From positions 320,001 through 384,000 of the forward strand of contig CAWBVY010000006.1 of NCBI GenBank assembly GCA_963792415.1: DNA of 64,000 nucleotides, given 5' to 3'. Shown one piece after another: positions 55,432-64,000 of the stretch (positions are counted from its first letter, which is position 1; the number at the start of each line of letters is the position of its first letter). Made by a program: the position numbers and the translations under genes. This DNA is from Candidatus Deferrimicrobiaceae bacterium (GTDB lineage: Bacteria; Desulfobacterota; Deferrimicrobia; Deferrimicrobiales; Deferrimicrobiaceae). The notes below the pieces were generated by a model that searched no databases, was not told the DNA's origin, and was given only the letters and a program-made list of their open reading frames with translations.

Positions 55432-57195
55432 TCAGGAATCCTGCTCCCCGTTGGCCTTGAACTTGGCCAGGAGCGCTTCGCCCAGGGCCCCGATGTTCTC
55501 GTTCGGGGCGTCGGCCTGTTTCCCCAGGTACGATTCCATGTTCTTCCGATCGAGTTCGTCGGCGTGTCCACGGATGCTGAGGGAAACTTTCTTGTTCGAC
55601 CGGTCCACGCCGAGGACGACCGCGCCGACCTCGTCGCCGACCTTGAGCACCGCGGCCGGGTTTTCGATCTTCTCCCGGGAGATCTCGGAGACGTGGACCA
55701 GCCCCTCGACCCCGTCGGCGATCTCGACGAACGCCCCGAAGTCGGCCACGCGGGTCACCTTCCCCGTGACGGTGTCGCCCTTCTTGAACCGCTTCTCGAC
55801 CCCCGCCCACGGGTCCTCCGCGAGCTGCTTGATGCCGAGGGAGAATTTCTGCGCCTCGGGGTCGATCTTGAGGACCTTGGCCCGGACGTGGTCCCCCTTC
55901 TTGAACAGCTCGGACGGGTTCTTCACCCGCGTGTTCCAGGAAAGGTCGGAGACGTGGACCAGGCCGTCGATGTCCTCTCCGACGTCCACGAAGACGCCGA
56001 AGTCGGCCACGTTTTTCACCACGCCCTCGACGATCGAGCCTTCGGGGTGCCGCGCCCGAAGCTCGTCCCACGGGTTCGAAAGGAGCTGCCTGTACCCGAG
56101 GGAGATCTTCTTGTTCGCCTTGTCGACCTTGAGGACCACCACCTCGACCGCGTCGCCCGCCTTCATCACCTCGGACGGGTCCTTCAGCCGCTTGCTCCAC
56201 GACATCTCGGAGATATGGAGCAACCCTTCCACCCCGTCCTCGATCTCGATGAACGCGCCATATTTCGTAGTGTTGGTGACTTTCCCGTGGACGCGCATCC
56301 CCGGATGGTACTTCTCGTCGAGATCGAGCCACGGGTCCGATTTCGTCTGCTTGAGGCCCAGGGAGATGCGGCCGCGCTCGCGGTCGAAGCGGATGACCCT
56401 CACCTTGTAAACCTCGCCCACCTTGCACAGGTCGGAAGGGTGCCCCACTTTCCCGTAGCTCATGTCGGTCACGTGCATCAGGCCGTCGAGCCCGCCGAGA
56501 TCCATGAAGACGCCGTAATCGGTGATGTTTTTTACCCGTGCCTCGACGACGTCCCCTTCCTTGATGTGGTCGAGGAGCCCGGAACGCTGGACCTCGCGCT
56601 CCTCCTCCATGAACGCGCGGCGGGAGACGACCACGTTCGCCTTCTTGCGGGAAAACTTTAGGATCTTGACCTTCCCGGAGATGCCGATCACCGGGTCGGT
56701 GTCCCGCACCGGCCGGAGATCCACCTGGCTGCCGGGGAGGAACGCCTTCACCCCGATGTCCACGGTGTAGCCGCCCTTGACCTTGGCGACGATCGTCCCC
56801 TGGACCGGCGTGCCGTCTTCGAACGCCTTCTGCAGGTCGTCCCACACCCGGATCTTCATCACCTTCGAACGGGAGAGGCGGATGGAGCCGAGGGACGCGT
56901 CGTACCCCTCGGTCATCACCTCGATCGGGTCGCCCGGGTTCAGCGCGCCACGCTCCTCCTCCGGGATGTCCTCGAGCGGAAGCATCCCCTCGGATTTCTT
57001 GTTGATGTCGACGGCGACGAAATCCTTCAGTACCTTGATGACCTTGCCGTGGATGACCTGCCCTTCCCCGGTGGACTGGAGACTGGCCGCGAACATCCGT
57101 GCGAAATCCTCCTCCCCTGCCGGCGCACCGGTGGAGGGGGATTCCAGGTCCGTCTCCTCGGGTAGGTCCGTCGGGTCGGGTTTGTTGTTGTCCAT
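55432..57195 (-). CDS. rpsA: 30S ribosomal protein S1
   Basis: Six S1 domains (FLPGSQVD, YGVF.DLGG.DGL.H, DFGAFVEI..GVEGL.HVSE). Confidence 0.97.
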   Translation of the reverse strand: MDNNKPDPTDLPEETDLESPSTGAPAGEEDFARMFAASLQSTGEGQVIHGKVIKVLKDFVAVDINKKSEGMLPLEDIPEEERGALNPGDPIEVMTEGYDASLGSIRLSRSKVMKIRVWDDLQKAFEDGTPVQGTIVAKVKGGYTVDIGVKAFLPGSQVDLRPVRDTDPVIGISGKVKILKFSRKKANVVVSRRAFMEEEREVQRSGLLDHIKEGDVVEARVKNITDYGVFMDLGGLDGLMHVTDMSYGKVGHPSDLCKVGEVYKVRVIRFDRERGRISLGLKQTKSDPWLDLDEKYHPGMRVHGKVTNTTKYGAFIEIEDGVEGLLHISEMSWSKRLKDPSEVMKAGDAVEVVVLKVDKANKKISLGYRQLLSNPWDELRARHPEGSIVEGVVKNVADFGVFVDVGEDIDGLVHVSDLSWNTRVKNPSELFKKGDHVRAKVLKIDPEAQKFSLGIKQLAEDPWAGVEKRFKKGDTVTGKVTRVADFGAFVEIADGVEGLVHVSEISREKIENPAAVLKVGDEVGAVVLGVDRSNKKVSLSIRGHADELDRKNMESYLGKQADAPNENIGALGEALLAKFKANGEQDS

Positions 57196-57246
57196 TCCGC
57201 ACTCCTGTGGTTGATTTCCGAACTATCTACTATACACCGTAACTCG

Positions 57247-58140
57247 TTACCGGTAAAAGGATACCTCAATTTCGTCGCCTTTCCAAAGTTCCTTCAGGCG
57301 CTCGAGAAACCCGGCGATGATCCACTGGGGGGTCGACGCCCCGGCGGTCACCCCCGCCACCGACGCTCCCTCGACCATCGACGGCGTCAACTCCCCTTCC
57401 GTCTCGATGTGGTGGGTGCGAGGGTTGATCGCCCTGCAGATCTCCGCCAGGCGGCGCGTGTTCGCGCTGTTGTACCCGCCGAGGATGAACATCACGTCGG
57501 CCATTCCCGCGAGGCCGGTCGACTCCTGCTGCCGCAGGGCGGTGGCGTTGCAGATCGTGTTGAAGACCCGGACTTCGGGGAACCGCTTCATCGCGGCGGA
57601 GACGAACGCCATGAGGTTTTCGAACGACTGCGTCGTCTGGGCAACGATCCCGGCCTTTCTCACCCCTTTCGCGGCCGAGAGTTCCGCGATCGAGGTGAAG
57701 ACGGAAACGCCCTTCTCGATGTAACTGATGATGCTTTTCACCTCCGGGTGGTTCGGGTCCCCCACGACGACGACGGCGTACCCGTCCCGGCTCAATGTCC
57801 TGGCGTGCTCCTGGGCCTTCGTCACGAAGGGGCAGGTGGCGTCGACGATCGTGACCCCTTTCCCCTCCAGCGCCGCCCGGTCGGAGCGGGTCACCCCGTG
57901 GGAGCGGATGATCACCTTCCCGCAGGTGATCTCGTCGACCGTGTCGACGACGCGCACCCCCTTGCCCTGCAGCCGCTCCACCGCCTGCGGGTTGTGGATG
58001 ATCGGGCCGAGCGACTGGATCGGGGCATCCTTTCCGTCCCCCGCCTCCCGTTTCCCGGCCGTCTCGTCGGCGATCGCGATGGCGCGCTTCACGCCGAAGC
58101 AGAAGCCCGCGCTCCTGGCGATCAGGACTTTCTTCGTCAC
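57247..58140 (-). CDS. ispH: 4-hydroxy-3-methylbut-2-enyl diphosphate reductase
   Basis: AGFCFGVKRA, IIHN, DATCPFV, HPEV, QTT, TICNAT, SANT, TAGASTP. Confidence 0.96.
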   Translation of the reverse strand: MTKKVLIARSAGFCFGVKRAIAIADETAGKREAGDGKDAPIQSLGPIIHNPQAVERLQGKGVRVVDTVDEITCGKVIIRSHGVTRSDRAALEGKGVTIVDATCPFVTKAQEHARTLSRDGYAVVVVGDPNHPEVKSIISYIEKGVSVFTSIAELSAAKGVRKAGIVAQTTQSFENLMAFVSAAMKRFPEVRVFNTICNATALRQQESTGLAGMADVMFILGGYNSANTRRLAEICRAINPRTHHIETEGELTPSMVEGASVAGVTAGASTPQWIIAGFLERLKELWKGDEIEVSFYR

Positions 58141-58808
58141 CGCGGGACCCCGGGGAGGCGTCGGAGCATCTCCCCCACCACCTCGTCGACCGTCATCGTC
58201 GTCGAGTCGATGTACACCGCCCCGTCGGCCACCCGCAGGGGGGAGTGCTCCCGCGTGCTGTCCTGCACGTCGCGACGGAGGACGTCGCGGAGGACCTCCT
58301 CGAACGACTGGGCGCCGGGGGGGGAAATCTCCAACTGTCGCCGCCGGGCACGCACGGCGGCGAGAGCATCGAGGAAGAACTTCGCCTCCGCGTCGGGGAA
58401 GACGACCGTGCCGATGTCCCGCCCCTCGAGGACGACGCCCCCGTCCCGCCCCATCTCCCGCTGCTTCGCCACCATCGCCTCGCGGACCGGGCCGTGGGCC
58501 GAGACCGCGGAGGCCCCCATGCTCATCTCCGGCTCGCGGAGAGCAACGCTCACGTCCTCTCCCGACAGGAAGACGCGCGGCGCCCCCGCGACAGTCCGGA
58601 ACGAAAGGTCCAGTTCCCGGGCCACCCCCCCGAGCCGAACCGGGTCGCCAAAGGGGATTCCGGCCCGGCGGGCCGCGAGGGCGACCGCCCGGTACATCGC
58701 GCCCGTGTCGACGCGGATCATCCCGGCGGCATCCGCGAGCCGTTTCGACACCGTGGTCTTCCCCGCCCCCGAGGGCCCGTCGATGGCGACGACCGGACGG
58801 ATCCTCAT
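58137..58808 (-). CDS. cmk: Cytidylate kinase
   Basis: AIDGPSGAGK, DTGAMYR, EGRDIGTVVFP. Confidence 0.97.
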   Translation of the reverse strand: MRIRPVVAIDGPSGAGKTTVSKRLADAAGMIRVDTGAMYRAVALAARRAGIPFGDPVRLGGVARELDLSFRTVAGAPRVFLSGEDVSVALREPEMSMGASAVSAHGPVREAMVAKQREMGRDGGVVLEGRDIGTVVFPDAEAKFFLDALAAVRARRRQLEISPPGAQSFEEVLRDVLRRDVQDSTREHSPLRVADGAVYIDSTTMTVDEVVGEMLRRLPGVPR

Positions 58809-60082
58809 CGCGTGAGTCCTTCAAGCAACGTTTGAAACCCGGGGAAGGACGTGTCGATGCAATCGACGTCCGTCACCTCGACCCGAACCCTCGCCGCCGC
58901 GCCGAGAATCCGCAGCGACATCGCGATCCGGTGGTCCCCCCGGCTGTCGCACGGACCGGCGGGGGACACCACGGCCGGTCCCTCCACCCACAGTCCGTCG
59001 GGGTATTCCCCGCATGGGATTCCGAGCGAGGAGAGACAGTCGACCATCGACGCGATCCGGTCCGACTCCTTGACGCGAAGCTCTTCCGCGCCGCGGATCT
59101 CCGTCCGGCCGGCGGCGAAGGCCGCCGCGACGCACAGGATCGGAATTTCGTCGATCAGGCCGGGGACCTCCTCCGGACCCACGCGCGCGGCCACGAGCTC
59201 CGCGCCCCGAACGACCAGGTCCGCCACCGGTTCCCCCCCTTCGACCCGCTCCCCGACCTGGCGGATGTCGGCCCCCATCGCGCGGAGAACGGCGAGGATT
59301 CCCGTGCGGAACGGGTTCACCCCCACGCCCCGGACAACGATCGACGAGCCCGGGGTCACGGCGGCAAGGACGAGGAAGAAGGCGGCCGAGGAGAGGTCGC
59401 CCGGAATCGTCATCACCAGAGGATCGAGGCGCTCGCACGGGGACACGGCGACCGCGTTCCCGTCCCGGGCAACCCTGGCCCCCATCGCGGACAGCATCCG
59501 CTCGGTGTGGTCCCGCGATCGCATCGGCTCCACCACCGTGACCGGGGAGTCGGCGTACAGCCCGGCGAGCAGCAGGGAGGACTTCACCTGCGCGGATGCC
59601 ACCGGCATTTCGTACCGGATCCCCCGGAGCGGCCCTCCGCGGATGCACAGGGGCGGGAGTCGGTTCCCGTCCCGCCCGAGGATGGACGCTCCCATCCGGG
59701 TCAGGGGGTCGATCACGCGGCCCATCGGGCGGCGGCGAAGGTACCGATCGCCCGTGATCACCGAAAGGAACGGCTGGGCGGCGAGGATTCCCGACCCGAT
59801 CCGGATCGTCGTGCCCGAGTTTCCGGCGTCGATCACGTCGGCGGGTTCGACAAGGCCGCGGAGCCCCCGCCCCTCGATCCGCAGCTCGGTGGGCGAAACT
59901 TCCTCGATCCGGGCGCCGAGGGCGCGCATCATCCCGGCGGTGGAGAGCGTATCCGCGGCGTGAAGGAACCCGCGGACGCGGCTCACCCCCGTCGCGAGCA
60001 CGGGAAACATCACGGCCCGGTGACTGATCGACTTGTCGCCGGGTACGGAAATCTCTCCGCGGACGACCGTTTTCCCGCTCAT
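58805..60082 (-). CDS. aroA: 3-phosphoshikimate 1-carboxyvinyltransferase
   Basis: PGDKSISHR, GNSGT, SAQVKS, RDHTE, ELRVKESDR, DHRIAM. Confidence 0.97.
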   Translation of the reverse strand: MSGKTVVRGEISVPGDKSISHRAVMFPVLATGVSRVRGFLHAADTLSTAGMMRALGARIEEVSPTELRIEGRGLRGLVEPADVIDAGNSGTTIRIGSGILAAQPFLSVITGDRYLRRRPMGRVIDPLTRMGASILGRDGNRLPPLCIRGGPLRGIRYEMPVASAQVKSSLLLAGLYADSPVTVVEPMRSRDHTERMLSAMGARVARDGNAVAVSPCERLDPLVMTIPGDLSSAAFFLVLAAVTPGSSIVVRGVGVNPFRTGILAVLRAMGADIRQVGERVEGGEPVADLVVRGAELVAARVGPEEVPGLIDEIPILCVAAAFAAGRTEIRGAEELRVKESDRIASMVDCLSSLGIPCGEYPDGLWVEGPAVVSPAGPCDSRGDHRIAMSLRILGAAARVRVEVTDVDCIDTSFPGFQTLLEGLTR

Positions 60083-60933
60083 GACGACAGCAGCCCGTCC
60101 CGCGTCCTCTTCGCGCGCCCGAAATATTCGAGGAGCCCGTCCGCGTCGCCCGCGGCGATCCGGCGTTCGAGGAGGGCGAGATTCCGGCGATAGTGCGAGA
60201 GCGCCCGAAGGATCTCGGCCCGGTTCTCAAGCACGATGTCCTTCCACATTTCCGGGTTGCTCGACGCGATCCGGGTAAAGTCCCGGAACCCCCCCGCGGA
60301 GTAGCCGAGCGGGACCCTGGAAGGCAGGGTCGCGACGGAGTGGACGAGGGCGTACGCCACCGCGTGCGGAAGATGGGAGACGTAGGCGAAGACGTGGTCG
60401 TGGACCTTCGGATCCATCCGGAGCAGAACCGCGGAGCCGGCGCGTTTCCAGATCCTCTCCACGCGGAGGATGGCGTCCGCGTCTGTCCGGGGGGTGGGGG
60501 TGACGACGAACGAGCGCCCCCGGAAAAGGTCCGGGTCGGCGGCGGAGAATCCGGACGCTTCCGTCCCGGCGATCGGGTGGCCGCCGACGAAGAAGGCGCC
60601 CCGCGCCGCGGCGCGCTCCCCTTCCCGGACGATCCGCGACTTCACGCTCCCCGCGTCCGTGAGAACCGTCCCCGGCCGCATCCGCGGACCGAGACGCCGG
60701 ATCGCCTCCACTTCGCCAAGGACCGGGACGCACACGATCACCACATCGCACGCGGAAAGCTGCGCCTCGGTGCAGCCCCGCGCGATCGCGCCGGCGGAAA
60801 GCGCCTTGCGGACGGTCTCCTTCCTGCGGTCGCACCCCCACACCTCGGGGGCGCCGCGCTTCCCCTTCAGGGCCAGCGCCAGGGAACCCCCGATCAGTCC
60901 GAGGCCGAGGATGCCTACCCGTTCCCGCGCCAC
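60079..60933 (-). CDS. tyrA: Prephenate/arogenate dehydrogenase
   Basis: GLGLIGGS, D.GSVK, GGHPIAG.E, HD...VSHLPH, FRDFTRIA. Confidence 0.95.
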   Translation of the reverse strand: MARERVGILGLGLIGGSLALALKGKRGAPEVWGCDRRKETVRKALSAGAIARGCTEAQLSACDVVIVCVPVLGEVEAIRRLGPRMRPGTVLTDAGSVKSRIVREGERAAARGAFFVGGHPIAGTEASGFSAADPDLFRGRSFVVTPTPRTDADAILRVERIWKRAGSAVLLRMDPKVHDHVFAYVSHLPHAVAYALVHSVATLPSRVPLGYSAGGFRDFTRIASSNPEMWKDIVLENRAEILRALSHYRRNLALLERRIAAGDADGLLEYFGRAKRTRDGLLSS

Positions 60934-60937
60934 GACG

Positions 60938-61951
60938 CTACAACGACCTCCCGACCGCCTCGGCGACCTTCCGCAGCCGCCCGATCATCTGCAGGAACGC
61001 GCCCGGTCGCAGCGACTGTGGACCGTCGGAAAGCGCCTTCTCCGGCTGGTGGTGGACCTCGATCATCAGGCCGTCCGCCCCCGCGGCGATCGCGGCCGCG
61101 GCGAGCGGCTCCACCAGCGCCATCTTCCCGGCGGCGTGGCTGGGGTCGGCGATCACGGGAAGGTGGGAGAGGGACTTCACCACCGGGATCGAGGAGACGT
61201 CGAAGGTGTTCCGGGTGGCGGTCTCGTACGTCCGGATCCCGCGCTCGCACAGGATGATCTTCTGGTTCCCCTCGGAGGCGATGTACTCCGCCGACATGAG
61301 CCATTCCTGGATCGTCGCGCTCATCCCGCGCTTGAGGATCACCGGCTTGTCGAGCTTCCCGACCTCGGTGAGGAGGCGAAAGTTCTGCATGTTCCGCGCA
61401 CCGATCTGGATGACGTCGGCGTACCGGGCGACGAGTTCGATGTCCCGCGGGTCCATCAACTCCGTCGCGACGGGAAGCCCGGTCCGGTCGCGGGCCTCCG
61501 CGAGGTATTTCAGCCCCTCCTCCCCCAATCCCTGGAAGGCGTACGGGGAGGTGCGCGGCTTGAACGCCCCGCCGCGCAGGAACGTGGCCCCCGCGGAGGC
61601 GACGCGCTCCCCGAGCCCCAGCATCATGTCGCGCCCTTCGACGGAGCAGGGACCGGCGAACAGGGCGAGGGCCTTTCCCCCCACCGTCTTCCCGTTCACC
61701 GTGATGACGGTGTCCTCTTTCCGGAATTCCCGGCTGACGAGCTTGAACGGGACGAGGATCCGCAGCACCTTCTCGACGACCGGCAATCCCTCGAACGCGT
61801 CCGGGTCGAGATTCCGCTCGTCGCCGATCGCCCCGATGATCGTGCGCTCCACCCCGCGCGAGATGTGCGCGGTCAGCCCCTTCCCCTTGATCGTCTCCTC
61901 GATCTGCCGGACGTCCTCGTCCGTGGCGCCTGCGCGCAGTACGATGATCAT
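60938..61951 (-). CDS. aroF: 3-deoxy-7-phosphoheptulonate (DAHP) synthase, type I-beta with N-terminal regulatory domain
   Basis: [43 protein letters not shown] 61951. Confidence 0.95.
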   Translation of the reverse strand: MIIVLRAGATDEDVRQIEETIKGKGLTAHISRGVERTIIGAIGDERNLDPDAFEGLPVVEKVLRILVPFKLVSREFRKEDTVITVNGKTVGGKALALFAGPCSVEGRDMMLGLGERVASAGATFLRGGAFKPRTSPYAFQGLGEEGLKYLAEARDRTGLPVATELMDPRDIELVARYADVIQIGARNMQNFRLLTEVGKLDKPVILKRGMSATIQEWLMSAEYIASEGNQKIILCERGIRTYETATRNTFDVSSIPVVKSLSHLPVIADPSHAAGKMALVEPLAAAAIAAGADGLMIEVHHQPEKALSDGPQSLRPGAFLQMIGRLRKVAEAVGRSL

Positions 61952-61995
61952 GCGTATATTCCTTTCCTTGTGTCGGATTCGCTCAAGAACGACCG

Positions 61996-63069
61996 CTATA
62001 TGGCCCGGGGGTAGGAGCCGAGGATCTTGATGTACTGGGCGCGCTCCTTGAGATCCTCGAGCGCCTGCGCGATCGGCGGGTCGGTGAGGTGCCCCGACAT
62101 GTCGAGGAAGAAGAGGTACTCCCACGCCTTCGTCTTGACCGGCCGGGACTCGATCTTGGTCAGATTCACGTTGTGCTTCGCGAACGGCTGCAGCATCAGG
62201 TAAAGCGCCCCGACCTCGTCCCGGCCGGAAAAGAGGATCGAGGTCTTGTCGTCCCCCGTCGGGGCCAACGCCTGCTTCCCGATAATGATGAACCGGGTGA
62301 AGTTGTTCGTGTTGTCCTGGATCCGCTTCCGGATCGCCTTCAACCCGTAGATCTTGGAGGCAGCCTCCCCGGCGATCGCCGCCGCCGCCGGGTCGTCCGC
62401 CGCGAGCTCCGCGGCACGCGCCGTGCTCTCGACGTCGAAGACCGGGATCTCGCGAAGGTTCCGCTCGAGCCAGCCGCGGCACTGTGCGATGGCGTGCGGG
62501 TGGGAGTAGACCTTCTTCACGTGGTCGATGTCGCCCGTGACGTTCAGGAGGTCGTGCGCCACCTCGACGAGGATCTCCCCGCAGATGAGCAGGTTGTGGT
62601 CGACGAACATGTCGAGGGTGTTGCTGACGATCCCCTCGCTGCTGTTCTCGATCGGTACCACGCCGAAGTCGGCCGCGTTCCGGTTCACCGCGTCGAAGAC
62701 CCCCGAGAGGTTGATCTGGGGAACGTACTCGGCGCTCTCGCCGAAATGCTTCAGGCACGCCAGGTGGGTGAAGGTGGCCTTGGGACCCAGGAACGCCACG
62801 GAGAGCGGCTTTTCGAGGGAGAGGGACGCGGAGATGATCTCGCGGTAGATCGCCTTCAACCCGTCGTTGGGGAACGGCCCCTGGTTCACGGAGGTCAGGC
62901 GCCGGAGGATCTCCATCTCCCGCTCGGGGACGTAGACGTTGAGGTTGCGATCCTTCTTGATCGTCCCGACCTCGATGGCCACCCTCGCGCGGCGGTTCAG
63001 CAGCTCGAGGATCCGGTCATCGATCGCGTCGATTTCGACGCGGAACTCCTTCAGGCGGTCCTGCGTCAA
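61996..63069 (-). CDS. pheA: Chorismate mutase / prephenate dehydratase
   Basis: [38 protein letters not shown]. Confidence 0.96.
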   Translation of the reverse strand: MTQDRLKEFRVEIDAIDDRILELLNRRARVAIEVGTIKKDRNLNVYVPEREMEILRRLTSVNQGPFPNDGLKAIYREIISASLSLEKPLSVAFLGPKATFTHLACLKHFGESAEYVPQINLSGVFDAVNRNAADFGVVPIENSSEGIVSNTLDMFVDHNLLICGEILVEVAHDLLNVTGDIDHVKKVYSHPHAIAQCRGWLERNLREIPVFDVESTARAAELAADDPAAAAIAGEAASKIYGLKAIRKRIQDNTNNFTRFIIIGKQALAPTGDDKTSILFSGRDEVGALYLMLQPFAKHNVNLTKIESRPVKTKAWEYLFFLDMSGHLTDPPIAQALEDLKERAQYIKILGSYPRAI

Positions 63070-64000
63070 GCCGCTCCACCGGCCTTCCGCTTGATCGCCC
63101 CCATCTCCCGGAACTTCCGGTAGCGCCGCTCGAGGAGCTGAGGGATCGGCATGGACACGAGCGGAGGGAGAGTTTCCAGCAGCGCCGCCTTCAACGCGTC
63201 GCCGGCCGCCTTGTGGTCGCGGTGCGCGCCGCCCAGCGGCTCCGGGATGATCCGGTCGATGACCCCGAACTTCTTCAGGTCCGGGGCCGTGATCTTCATC
63301 ATCTCCGCCGCCACCTCGGCCTTGGCCGTGTCGCGCCAGAGGATCGAGGCGCACCCCTCGGGGGAGATGACGGAGTAGACGGAATATTCCATCATCAGGA
63401 TCTCGTCCCCCACGCCGATCGCCAGCGCCCCTCCGCTCCCCCCCTCGCCGATGACGGCCACGACGATCGGGGTCTTGAGGTGGGACATCTCCAGGAGGTT
63501 GCGCGCGATCGCCTCGGACTGGCCGCGCTCCTCGGCCCCGATCCCGGGGAAGGCACCGGGGGTATCGATGAAGGTGATGACCGGGAGGCGGAACTTCTCC
63601 GCCATCTTCATGACGCGGAGGGCCTTGCGGTACCCCTCCGGATTCGCCATGCCGAAGTTGCGCTGGATCTTCTCGTTCGTGTTGCGCCCCTTCTGCTGTC
63701 CGATGACGACGACCCGCTGACTCTCGAGCTCGGCGAAACCGCACACCAGGGGCGGATCGTCGCGGAACGCCCGGTCCCCGTGCAGTTCGACGAAATTCCT
63801 GAAGCAGAGGTTGATATAGTCGAGCAGGTACGGCCGGTTCGGATGGCGGGCGAGCTGGGTGATCTGCCAGCGCGTGAGGTTGGAGAAGACCTCCTTCCGG
63901 ATCTTCCCGATCTTCCGCTCCATCTTCCCGATCTCTTCCCTGACGCCCTTGTCCGTCCCGTCATCGAGGCGTTTCAGCTGCTCGAGGCGGTTTTCGAGGT
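63066..64000 (-). CDS. accA: Acetyl-CoA carboxylase carboxyltransferase alpha (5' end outside the window)
   Basis: [47 protein letters not shown]. Confidence 0.96.
   Translation of the reverse strand, partial: LENRLEQLKRLDDGTDKGVREEIGKMERKIGKIRKEVFSNLTRWQITQLARHPNRPYLLDYINLCFRNFVELHGDRAFRDDPPLVCGFAELESQRVVVIGQQKGRNTNEKIQRNFGMANPEGYRKALRVMKMAEKFRLPVITFIDTPGAFPGIGAEERGQSEAIARNLLEMSHLKTPIVVAVIGEGGSGGALAIGVGDEILMMEYSVYSVISPEGCASILWRDTAKAEVAAEMMKITAPDLKKFGVIDRIIPEPLGGAHRDHKAAGDALKAALLETLPPLVSMPIPQLLERRYRKFREMGAIKRKAGGAA

Noticed and set aside
54643-60411. GACCTTCGG matches at ~54643 (sppA) and ~60403 (tyrA) as att sites
   Set aside because: They lie inside conserved coding sequence without arm-like repeats or the tenth matching base. 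Treated as chance hits and as a background caution.
38657-63123. Long plus-strand and alternate-frame ORFs over the core operon (e.g. 47791..50556, 51088..53808, 57728..60193)
   Set aside because: They are shadow ORFs caused by high GC content, opposite or overlapping well-identified genes.

Overview
The window has two distinct halves. From about 37.7 kb to 64 kb is a GC-rich, tightly packed housekeeping block, almost all on the minus strand: accA-pheA-aroF-tyrA-aroA-cmk-ispH-rpsA-sppA-ihfB-HIT-mutS-amiC-glnD-yfcE-xerD-CBS/tRNA nucleotidyltransferase-S2P-trpS-scpA-scpB-rluB. This order resembles deltaproteobacterial lineages (inference). Two genes in it have reading-frame anomalies at G/C homopolymers (amiC split, scpB-rluB fused). 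From 1 to about 37.6 kb is a visibly lower-GC accessory region around an initiator tRNA-Met (34364-34440, minus). A tyrosine integrase, an ORF6N gene and a RHH-PIN toxin-antitoxin pair lie on the 5' side of the tRNA. On its 3' side is a 34-kb mosaic of short gene modules and gene fragments. Three kinds of recombination scar mark module boundaries: (i) a 79-bp copy of the tRNA 3' half plus several short tRNA-derived core sites (GACCTTCGGG, some followed by a variable 7-nt spacer and a partial inverted half-site) with nearby tandem repeats resembling integrase arm sites; (ii) integron-type cassettes with attC sites and matching R boxes but no IntI in the window (15.1-19.3 kb); (iii) one intact IS3-family element plus mini-elements and orphan ends with IS3-like termini. 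Cargo includes an L,D-transpeptidase/Lpp-like lipoprotein/DpaA-like trio, a repeat-rich FISUMP lipoprotein, a three-gene AbrB-PIN-PIN operon, a stand-alone MshEN-like protein and a candidate ~155-nt rod-shaped ncRNA. All assignments come from reading motifs by eye; no database searches were run.
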